From Eledone cirrhosa (Eukaryota), in NCBI GenBank assembly GCA_964016885.1, contig OZ024758.1, forward strand, positions 33,914,001 to 33,978,000: a DNA stretch of 64,000 nucleotides, given 5' to 3'. Made by a program: the position numbers and the translations under genes. Shown piece by piece: positions 1 to 10,999 of this stretch; position 1 is the first letter of the stretch; each line of letters starts with the position of its first letter. Under the pieces are notes generated by a model. It did no database searches and was not told the DNA's origin. It saw nothing but the letters and a program-made list of their open reading frames with translations.

Positions 1-46
1 TTAAGTTCATGGTACTAGCTGTCAGAAGTAACTCCACTGTTGGTGA

Positions 47-100
47 GAATTCATTTAAGTTCATGGTACTAGCTGTCAGAAGTAACTCCACTGTTGGTGA
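47..100 (+). repeat. Representative consensus 54-bp monomer (TACTAG/CCACTG type)
   Basis: gaattcatttaagttcatggtactagctgtcagaagtaactccactgttggtga read directly from 47-100; the next GAATTC starts at 101. Confidence 0.98.
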
Positions 101-699
101 GAATTCATTTAAGTTCATGGTACTAGCTGTCAGAAGTAACTCCACTGTTGGTGAGAATTCATTTAAGTTCATGGTACTAACTGTCAGAAGTAACTCCAAT
201 GTTGGTGAGAATTCATTTAAGTTCATGGTATTAGCTGTCAGAAGTAACTCCACTGTTGGTGAGAATTCATTTAAGTTCATGGTACTAGCTGTCAGAAGTA
301 ACTCCACTGTTGGTGAGAATTCATTTAAGTTCATGGTATTAGCTGTCAGAAGTCACTCCAATGTTGGTGAGAATTCATTTAAGTTCATGGTATTAGCTGT
401 CAGAAGTCACTCCACTGTTGGTGAGAATTCATTTAAGTTCATGGTACTAGCTGTCAGAAGTAACCCGAATGTTGGTGAGAATTCATTTAAGTTCATGGTA
501 TTAGCTGTCAGAAGTCACTCCAATGTTGGTGAGAATTCATTTAAGTTCATGGTATTAGCTGTCAGAAGTAACTCCACTGTTGGTGAGAATTCATTTAAGT
601 TCATGGTATTAGCTGTCAGAAGTAACTGCACTGTTGGTGAGAATTCATTTAAGTTCATGGTATTAGCTGTCAGAAGTAACTCCACTGTTGGTGAGAATT

Positions 700-2200
700 C
701 ATTTAAGTTCATGGTATTAGCTGTCAGAAGGAACTCCAATGTTGGTGAGAATTCATTTAAGTCATGGTACTAGCTGTCAGAAGTAACTCCACTGTTGGTG
801 AGAATTCATTTAAGTTCATGGTATTAGCTGTCAGAAGGAACGCCACTGTTGGTGAGAATTCATTTAAGTTCATGGTATTAGCTGTCAGAAGTAACTCCAC
901 TGTTGGTGAGAATTCATTTAAGTTCATGGTACTAGCTGTCAGAAGTAACTCCAATGTTGGTGAGAATTCATTTAAGTTCATGGTATTAGCTGTCAGAAGG
1001 AACTCCACTGTTGGTGAGAATTCATTTAAGTTCATGGTATTAGCTGTCAGAAGTAACTCCAATGTTGGTGAGAATTCATTTATGTTCATGGTACTAGTTG
1101 TCAGAAGTAACTCCACTGTTGGTGAGAATATATTTAAGTTCATGGTATTAGTTGTCAGAAGTAACTCCACTGTTGGTGAGAATTCATTTAAGTCATCGTA
1201 TTAGTTGTCAGAAGTAACTCCAATGTTGGTGAGAATTCATTTAAGTTCATGGTACTAGCTGTCAGAAGTAACTCCACTGTTGGTGAGAATTCATTTAAGT
1301 TCATGGTATTAGCTGTCAGAAGTAACTCCACTGTTGGTGAGAATTCATTTAAGTCAAGGTATTAGCTGTCAGAAGTAACTCCATTGTTGGTGAGAATTCA
1401 TTTAAGTCATGGTACTAGCTGTCAGAAGTAACTCCAATGTTGGTGAGAATTCATTTAAGTTCATGGTACTAGCTGTCAGAAGTAACTCCACTGTTGTTGA
1501 GAATTCATTTAAGTTCATGGTATTAGCTGTCAGAAGGAACTCCAATGTTGGTGAGAATTCATTTAAGTCATGGTACTAGCTGTCAGAAGTAACTCCACTG
1601 TTGGTGAGAATTCATTTAAGTTCATGGTATTAGCTGTCAGAAGGAACGCCACTGTTGGTGAGAATTCATTTAAGTTCATGGTATTAGCTGTCAGAAGTAA
1701 CTCCACTGTTGGTGAGAATTCATTTAAGTTCATGGTACTAGCTGTCAGAAGTAACTCCAATGTTGGTGAGAATTCATTTAAGTTCATGGTATTAGCTGTC
1801 AGAAGGAACTCCACTGTTGGTGAGAATTCATTTAAGTTCATGGTATTAGCTGTCAGAAGTAACTCCACTGTTGGTGAGAATTCATTTATGTTCATGGTAC
1901 TAGTTGTCAGAAGTAACTCCACTGTTGGTGAGAATATATTTAAGTTCATGGTATTAGTTGTCAGAAGTAAATCCACTGTTGGTGAGAATTCATTTAAGTC
2001 ATCGTATTAGTTGTCAGAAGTAACTCCAATGTTGGTGAGAATTCATTTAAGTTCATGGTACTAGCTGTCAGAAGTAACTCCACTGTTGGTGAGAATTCAT
2101 TTAAGTTCATGGTATTAGCTGTCAGAAGTAACTCCACTGTTGGTGAGAATTCATTTAAGTCATGGTATTAGCTGTCAGAAGTAACTCCATTGTTGGTGAG
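700..2200. repeat. Tandem duplication of a 15-monomer block (806-bp offset)
   Basis: Private variants GAGAATATATTT (~1127 and ~1933), AGTCATCGTA (~1195 and ~2001) and the adjacent TTATGTTC are repeated 806 bp apart. ORFs start at 764 and 1570. Confidence 0.9.
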
Positions 2201-5200
2201 AATTCATTAAATCATGGTACTAGCTGTCAGAAGTAACTCCACTGTTGGTGAGAATTCATTTAAGTTCATGGTATTAGTTTGTCAGAAGTAACTCCACTGT
2301 TGGTGAGAATTCATTTCAGTCATGGTATTAGCTGTCAGAAGTAACTCCATTGTTGGTGAGAATTCATTTAAGTCATGGTATTAGTTGTCAGAAGTAACTC
2401 CAATGTTGGTGAGAATTCATTTAAGTCATGGTACTAGCTGTCAGAAGTAACTCCAATGTTGGTGAGAATTCATTTAAGTTCATGGTATTAGCTGTCAGAA
2501 GGAACTCCAATGTTGGTGAGAATTCATTTAAGTTCATGGTATTAGCTGTCAGAAGTAACTCCACTCTTGGTGAGAATTCATTTAAGTTCATGGTACTAGC
2601 TGTCAGAAGGAACTCCAATGTTGGTGAGAATTCATTTAAGTTCATGGTATTAGCTGTCAGAAGTAACTCCACTGTTGGTGAGAATTCATTTAAGTCATGG
2701 TATTAGCTGTCAGAAGTAACTCCAATGTTGGTGAGAATTCATTTAAGTTCATGGTACTAGCTGTCAGAAGTAACTCCATTGTTGGTGAGAATTCATTTAA
2801 GTTCATGGTATTAGTTTGTCAGAAGTAACTCCACTGTTGGTGAGAATTCATTTAAGTTCATAGTATTAGCTGTCAGAAGGAACGCCACTGTTGGTGACAA
2901 TTCATTTAAGTTCATGGTATTAGCTGTCAGAAGTAACTCCACTGTTGGTGAGAATTCATTTAAGTTCATGGTACTAGCTGTCAGAAGTAACTCCAATGTT
3001 GGTGAGAATTCATTTAAGTTCATGGTATTAGCTGTCAGAAGGAACTCCACTGTTGGTGAGAATTCATTTAAGTTCATGTTATTAGCTGTCAGAAGTAACT
3101 CCACTGTTGGTGAGAATTCATTTAAGTCATGGTATTAGCTGTCAGAAGTAACTCCATTGTTGGTGAGAATTCATTTAAGTCATGGTACTAGCTGTCAGAA
3201 GTAACTCCACTGTTGGTGAGAATTCATTTAAGTTCATGGTATTAGTTTGTCAGTAGTAACTCCACTGTTGGTGAGAATTCATTTAAGTCATGGTATTAGT
3301 TGTCAGAAGTAACTCCAATGTTGGTGAGAATTCATTTAAGTTCATGGTACTAGCTGTCAGAAGTAACTCCATTGTTGGTGAGAATTCATTTAAGTTCATG
3401 GTACTAGCTGTCAGAAGTAACTCCACTGTTGGTGAGAATTCATTTAAGTTCATGGTATTAGTTTGTCAGAAGTAACTCCACTGTTGGTGAGAATTCATTT
3501 AAGTCATGGTATTAGTTGTCAGAAGTAACTCCAATGTTGGTGAGAATTCATTTAAGTCATGGTACTAGCTGTCAGAAGTAACTCCAATGTTGGTGAGAAT
3601 TCATTTAAGTTCATGGTATTAGCTGTCAGAAGGAACTCCACTGTTGGTGAGAATTCATTTAAGTTCATGGTATTAGCTGTCAGAAGTAACTCAACTGTTG
3701 GTGAGAATTCATTTAAGTTCATGGTACTAGCTGTCAGAAGTAACTCCAATGTTGGTGAGAATTCATTTAAGTTCATGGTATTAGCTGTCAGAAGTAACTC
3801 CACTGTTGGTGAGAATTCATTTAAGTCATGGTATTAGCTGTCAGAAGTAACTCCAATGTTGGTGAGAATTCATTTAAGTTCATGGTATTAGCTGTCAGAA
3901 GTAACTCCACTGTTGGTGAGAATTCATTTAAGTTCATGGTATTAGCTGTCAGAAGTAACTCCACTGTTGGTGAGAATTCATTTAAGTTCATGGTACTAGC
4001 TGTCAGAAGTAACTCCACTGTTGGTGAGAATTCATTTAAGTTCATGGTATTAGCTGTCAGAAGTAACTCCACTGTTGGTGAGAATTCATTTAAGTTCATG
4101 GTATTAGCTGTCAGAAGTAACTCCACTGTTGGTGAGAATTCATTTAAGTTCATGGTACTAGCTGTCAGAAGTAACTCCACTGTTGGTGAGAATTCATTTA
4201 AGTTCATGGTATTAGTTTGTCAGAAGTAACTCCACTGTTGGTGAGAATTCATTTAAGTCATGGTATTAGTTGTCAGAAGTAACTCCAATGTTGGTGAGAA
4301 TTCATTTAAGTTCATGGTACTAGCTGTCAGAAGTAACTCCACTGTTGGTGAGAATTCATTTAAGTTCATGGTATTAGCTGTCAGAAGTAACTCCACTGTT
4401 GGTGAGAATTCATTTAAGTCATGGTATTAGCTGTCAGAAGTAACTCCATTGTTGGCGAGAATTCATTTAAGTCATGGTACTAGCTGTCAGAAGTAACTCC
4501 ACTGTTGGTGAGAATTCATTTAAGTTCATGGTACTAGCTGTCAGAAGTAACTCCACTGTTGGTGAGAATTCATTTAAGTTCATGGTACTAGCTGTCAGAA
4601 GTAACTCCACTGTTGGTGAGAATTCATTTAAGTTCATGGTATTAGTTTGTCAGAAGTAACTCCACTGTTGGTGAGAATTCATTTAAGTTCATGGTACTAG
4701 CTGTCAGAAGTAACTCCACTGTTGGTGAGAATTCATTTAAGTTCATGGTATTAGTTTGTCAGAAGTAACTCCACTGTTGGTGAGAATTCATTTAAGTCAT
4801 GGTATTAGTTGTCAGAAGTAACTCCAAAGTTGGTGAGAATTCATTTAAGTTCATGGTACTAGCTGTCAGAAGTAACTCCACTGTTGGTGAGAATTCATTT
4901 AAGTCATGGTATTAGTTGTCAGAAGTAACTCCAAAATTGGTGAGAATTCATTTAAGTTCATGGTACTAGCTGTCAGAAGTAACTCCACTGTTGGTGAGAA
5001 TTCATTTAAGTTCATGGTATTAGCTGTCAGAAGTAACTCCACTGTTGGTGAGAATTCATTTAAGTCATGGTATTAGCTGTCAGAAGTAACTCCATTGTTG
5101 GCGAGAATTCATTTAAGTCATGGTACTAGCTGTCAGAAGTAACTCCACTGTTGGTGAGAATTCATTTAAGTTCATGGTACTAGCTGTCAGAAGTAACTCC

Positions 5201-5499
5201 ACTGTTGGTGAGAATTCATTTAAGTCATGGTATTAGCTGTCAGAAGTAACTCCAATGTTGGTGAGAATTCATTTAAGTTCATGGTATTAGCTGTCAGAAG
5301 TAACTCCACTGTTGGTGAGAATTCATTTAAGTTCATGGTATTAGCTGTCAGAAGTAACTCCACTGTTGGTGAGAATTCATTTAAGTTCATGGTACTAGCT
5401 GTCAGAAGTAACTCCACTGTTGGTGAGAATTCATTTAAGTCATGGTATTAGTTGTCAGAAGTAACTCCAAAGTTGGTGAGAATTCATTTAAGTTCATGG

Positions 5500-8400
5500 T
5501 ACTAGCTGTCAGAAGTAACTCCACTGTTGGTGAGAATTCATTTAAGTTCATGGTATTAGCTGTCAGAAGTAACTCCACTGTTGGTGAGAATTCATTTAAG
5601 TCATGGTATTAGCTGTCAGAAGTAACTCCATTGTTGGCGAGAATTCATTTAAGTCATGGTACTAGCTGTCAGAAGTAACTCCACTGTTGGTGAGAATTCA
5701 TTTAAGTTCATGGTACTAGCTGTCAGAAGTAACTCCACTGTTGGTGAGAATTCATTTAAGTCATGGTATTAGCTGTCAGAAGTAACTCCAATGTTGGTGA
5801 GAATTCATTTAAGTTCATGGTATTAGCTGTCAGAAGTAACTCCACTGTTGGTGAGAATTCATTTAACTTCATGGTATTAGCTGTCAGAAGTAACTCCACT
5901 GTTGGTGAGAATTCATTTAAGTTCATGGTACTAGCTGTCAGAAGTAACTCCACTGTTGGTGAGAATTCATTTAAGTTCATGGTATTAGCTGTCAGAAGTA
6001 ACTCCACTGTTGGTGAGAATTCATTTAAGTTCATGGTATTAGCTGTCAGAAGTAACTCCACTGTTGGTGAGAATTCATTTAAGTTCATGGTACTAGCTGT
6101 CAGAAGTAACTCCACTGTTGGTGAGAATTCATTTAAGTTCATGGTATTAGTTTGTCAGAAGTAACTCCACTGTTGGTGAGAATTCATTTAAGTCATGGTA
6201 TTAGTTGTCAGAAGTAACTCCAATGTTGGTGAGAATTCATTTAAGTTCATGGTACTAGCTGTCAGAAGTAACTCCACTGTTGGTGAGAATTCATTTAAGT
6301 TCATGGTATTAGCTGTCAGAAGTAACTCCACTGTTGGTGAGAATTCATTTAAGTGATGGTATTAGCTGTCAGAAGTAACTCCATTGTTGGCGAGAATTCA
6401 TTTAAGTCATGGTACTAGCTGTCAGAAGTAACTCCACTGTTGGTGAGAATTCATTTAAGTTCATGGTACTAGCTGTCAGAAGTAACTCCACTGTTGGTGA
6501 GAATTCATTTAAGTTCATGGTACTAGCTGTCAGAAGTAACTCCACTGTTGGTGAGAATTCATTTAAGTTCATGGTACTAGCTGTCAGAAGTAACTCCACT
6601 GTTGGTGAGAATTCATTTAAGTTCATGGTATTAGCTGTCAGAAGTCACTCCAATGTTGGTGAGAATTCATTTTAGTTCATGGTACTAGCTGTCAGAAGTA
6701 ATCCCAATGTTGGTGAGAATTCATTTAAGTTCATGGTATTAGCTGTCAGAAGTCACTCCAATGTTGGTTAGAATTCATTTAAGTTCATGGTATTAGCTGT
6801 CAGAAGTAACTCCACTGTTGGTGAGAATTCATTTAAGTTCATGGTATTAGCTGTCAGAAGTAACTCCACTGTTGGTGAGAATTCATTTAAGTTCATGGTA
6901 TTAGCTGTCAGAAGTAACTCCACTGTTGGTGAGAATTCATTTAAGTTCATGGTATTAGCTGTCAGAAGGAACTCCAATGTTGGTGAGAATTCATTTAAGT
7001 CATAGTACTAGCTGTCAGAAGTAACTCCACTGTTGGTGAGAATTCATTTAAGTTCATGGTATTAGCTGTCAGAAGGAACGCCACTGTTGGTGAGAATTCA
7101 TTTAAGTTCATGGTATTAGCTGTCAGAAGTAACTCTACTGTTGGTGAGAATTCATTTAAGTTCATTTTACTAGCTGTCAGAAGTAACTCCAATGTTGGTG
7201 AGAATTCATTTAAGTTCATGGTATTAGCTGTCAGAAGGAACTCCACTGTTGGTGAGAATTCATTTAAGTTCATGGTATTAGCTGTCAGAAGTAACGCCAC
7301 TGTTGGTGAGAATTCATTTAAGTTCATGGTACTAGTTGTCAGAAGTAACTCCACTGTTGGTGAGAATTCATTTAAGTTCATGGTATTAGTTGTCAGAAGT
7401 AACTCCACTGTTGGTGAGAATTCATTTAAGTCATGGTATTAGTTGTCAGAAGTAACTCCAATGTTGGTGAGAATTCATTTAAGTTCATGGTACTAGCTGT
7501 CAGAAGTAACTCCACTGTTGGTGAGAATTCATTTAAGTTCATGGTATTAGCTGTCAGAAGTAACTCCACTGTTGGTGAGAATTCATTTAAGTTCATGGTA
7601 TTAGTTTGTCAGAAGTAACTCCACTGTTGGTGAGAATTCATTTAAGTCATGGTATTAGTTGTCAGAAGTAACTCCAATGTTGGTGAGAATTCATTTAAGT
7701 TCATGGTACTAGCTGTCAGAAGTAACTCCACTGTTGGTGAGAATTCATTTAAGTTCATGGTATTAGCTGTCAGAAGTAACTCCACTGTTGGTGAGAATTC
7801 ATTTAAGTCATGGTATTAGCTGTCAGAAGTAACTCCATTGTTGGCGAGAATTCATTTAAGTCATGGTACTAGCTGTCAGAAGTAACTCCACTGTTGGTGA
7901 GAATTCATTTAAGTTCATGGTACTAGCTGTCAGAAGTAACTCCACTGTTGGTGAGAATTCATTTAAGTCATGGTATTAGCTGTCAGAAGTAACTCCAATG
8001 TTGGTGAGAATTCATTTAAGTTCATGGTATTAGCTGTCAGAAGTAACTCCACTGTTGGTGAGAATTCATTTAAGTTCATGGTATTAGCTGTCAGAAGTAA
8101 CTCCACTGTTGGTGAGAATTCATTTAAGTTCATGGTACTAGCTGTCAGAAGTAACTCCACTGTTGGTGAGAATTCATTTAAGTTCATGGTATTAGCTGTC
8201 AGAAGTAACTCCACTGTTGGTGAGAATTCATTTAAGTTCATGGTATTAGCTGTCAGAAGTAACTCCACTGTTGGTGAGAATTCATTTAAGTTCATGGTAC
8301 TAGCTGTCAGAAGTAACTCCACTGTTGGTGAGAATTCATTTAAGTTCATGGTATTAGTTTGTCAGAAGTAACTCCACTGTTGGTGAGAATTCATTTAAGT

Positions 8401-9700
8401 CATGGTATTAGTTGTCAGAAGTAACTCCAATGTTGGTGAGAATTCATTTAAGTTCATGGTACTAGCTGTCAGAAGTAACTCCACTGTTGGTGAGAATTCA
8501 TTTAAGTTCATGGTATTAGCTGTCAGAAGTAACTCCACTGTTGGTGAGAATTCATTTAAGTGATGGTATTAGCTGTCAGAAGTAACTCCATTGTTGGCGA
8601 GAATTCATTTAAGTCATGGTACTAGCTGTCAGAAGTAACTCCACTGTTGGTGAGAATTCATTTAAGTTCATGGTACTAGCTGTCAGAAGTAACTCCACTG
8701 TTGGTGAGAATTCATTTAAGTTCATGGTATTAGCTGTCAGAAGTCACTCCAATGTTGGTGAGAATTCATTTTAGTTCATGGTACTAGCTGTCAGAAGTAA
8801 TCCCAATGTTGGTGAGAATTCATTTAAGTTCATGGTATTAGCTGTCAGAAGTCACTCCAATGTTGGTTAGAATTCATTTAAGTTCATGGTATTAGCTGTC
8901 AGAAGTAACTCCACTGTTGGTGAGAATTCATTTAAGTTCATGGTATTAGCTGTCAGAAGTAACTCCACTGTTGGTGAGAATTCATTTAAGTTCATGGTAT
9001 TAGCTGTCAGAAGTAACTCCACTGTTGGTGAGAATTCATTTAAGTTCATGGTATTAGCTGTCAGAAGGAACTCCAATGTTGGTGAGAATTCATTTAAGTC
9101 ATAGTACTAGCTGTCAGAAGTAACTCCACTGTTGGTGAGAATTCATTTAAGTTCATGGTATTAGCTGTCAGAAGGAACGCCACTGTTGGTGAGAATTCAT
9201 TTAAGTTCATGGTATTAGCTGTCAGAAGTAACTCTACTGTTGGTGAGAATTCATTTAAGTTCATTTTACTAGCTGTCAGAAGTAACTCCAATGTTGGTGA
9301 GAATTCATTTAAGTTCGTGGTATTAGCTGTCAGAAGGAACTCCACTGTTGGTGAGAATTCATTTAAGTTCATGGTATTAGCTGTCAGAAGTAACGCCACT
9401 GTTGGTGAGAATTCATTTAAGTTCATGGTACTAGTTGTCAGAAGTAACTCCACTGTTGGTGAGAATTCATTTAAGTTCATGGTATTAGTTGTCAGAAGTA
9501 ACTCCACTGTTGGTGAGAATTCATTTAAGTCATGGTATTAGTTGTCAGAAGTAACTCCAATGTTGGTGAGAATTCATTTAAGTTCATGGTACTAGCTGTC
9601 AGAAGTAACTCCACTGTTGGTGAGAATTCATTTAAGTTCATGGTATTAGCTGTCAGAAGTAACTCCACTGTTGGTGAGAATTCATTTAAGTCATGGTATT
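5500..9700. repeat. Tandem duplication of a ~39-41-monomer block (offset 2207, then 2099)
   Basis: AAGTGATGG at 6353 and 8560 gives offset 2207. Downstream variants AATCCCAAT, GTCATAGTAC, ACTCTACTG and TTCATTTTAC repeat at 2099 (ORFs 6787/8886 and 7056/9155). The copies differ by two monomers (108 bp). Confidence 0.88.
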
Positions 9701-10999
9701 AGCTGTCAGAAGTAACTCCATTGTTGGTGAGAATTCATTTAAGTCATGGTACTAGCTGTCAGAAGTAACTCCACTGTTGGTGAGAATTCATTTAAGTTCA
9801 TGGTATTAGCTGTCAGAAGGAACTCCACTGTTGGTGAGAATTCATTTAAGTTCATGGTACTAGCTGTCAGAAGTAACTCCACTGTTGGTGAGAATTCATT
9901 TAAGTTCATGGTATTAGTTTGTCAGAAGTAACTCCACTGTTGGTGAGAATTCATTTAAGTTCATGGTATTAGCTGTCAGAAGTAACTCCACTGTTGGTGA
10001 GAATTCATTTAAGTCATGGTATTAGCTGTCAGAAGTAACTCCATTGTTGGTGAGAATTCATTTAAGTCATGGTACTAGCTGTCAGAAGTAACTCCACTGT
10101 TGGTGAGAATTCATTTAAGTTCATGGTATTAGCTGTCAGAAGGAACTCCACTGTTGGTGAGAATTCATTTAAGTTCATGGTACTAGCTGTCAGAAGTAAC
10201 TCCACTGTTGGTGAGAATTCATTTAAGTTCATGGTATTAGTTTGTCAGAAGTAACTCCACTGTTGGTGAGAATTCATTTAAGTTCATGGTACTAGCTGTC
10301 AGAAGTAACTCCACTGTTGGTGAGAATTCATTTAAGTTCATGGTACTAGCTGTCAGAAGTAACTCCACTGTTGGTGAGAATTCATTTAAGTTCATGGTAT
10401 TAGCTGTCAGAAGTCACTCCACTGTTGGTGAGAATTCATTTAAGTTCATGGTATTAGCTGTCAGAAGTAACCCCAATGTTGGTGAGAATTCATTTAAGTT
10501 CATGGTATTAGCTGTCAGAAGTAACTCCACTGTTGGTGAGAATTCATTTAAGTTCATGGTACTAGCTGTCAGAAGTAACTCCACTGTTGGTGAGAATTCA
10601 TTTAAGTTCATGGTACTAGCAGTCAGAAGTAACTCCACTGTTGGTGAGAATTCATTTAAGTTCATGGTATTAGCTGTCAGAAGTCACTCCAATGTTGGTG
10701 AGAATTCATTTTAGTTCATGGTACTAGCTGTCAGAAGTAACCCCAATGTTGGTGAGAATTCATTTAAGTTCATGGTATTAGTTGTCAGAAGTCACTCCAA
10801 TGTTGGTTAGAATTCATTTAAGTTCATGGTATTAGCTGTCAGAAGTAACTCCACTGTTGGTGAGAATTCATTTAAGTTCATGGTATTAGCTGTCAGAATT
10901 AACTCCACTGTTGGTGAGAATTCATTTAAGTTCATGGTATTAGCTGTCAGAAGTAACTCCACTGTTGGTGAGAATTCATTTAAGTTCATGGTATTAGCT

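Noticed and set aside
47-100. Monomer as an ancient 2 x 27-bp dimer (TAAGTTCA vs TAACTCCA exactly 27 bp apart)
   Set aside because: The halves match at only 10 of 27 positions, which is not convincingly above chance for AT-rich DNA.
47-100. tRNA-, SINE- or 5S-derived monomer, telomeric repeat, CENP-B box or G-quadruplex
   Set aside because: I see no recognisable A/B boxes, telomere motif, TTCG....A..CGGG motif or G-runs longer than two.
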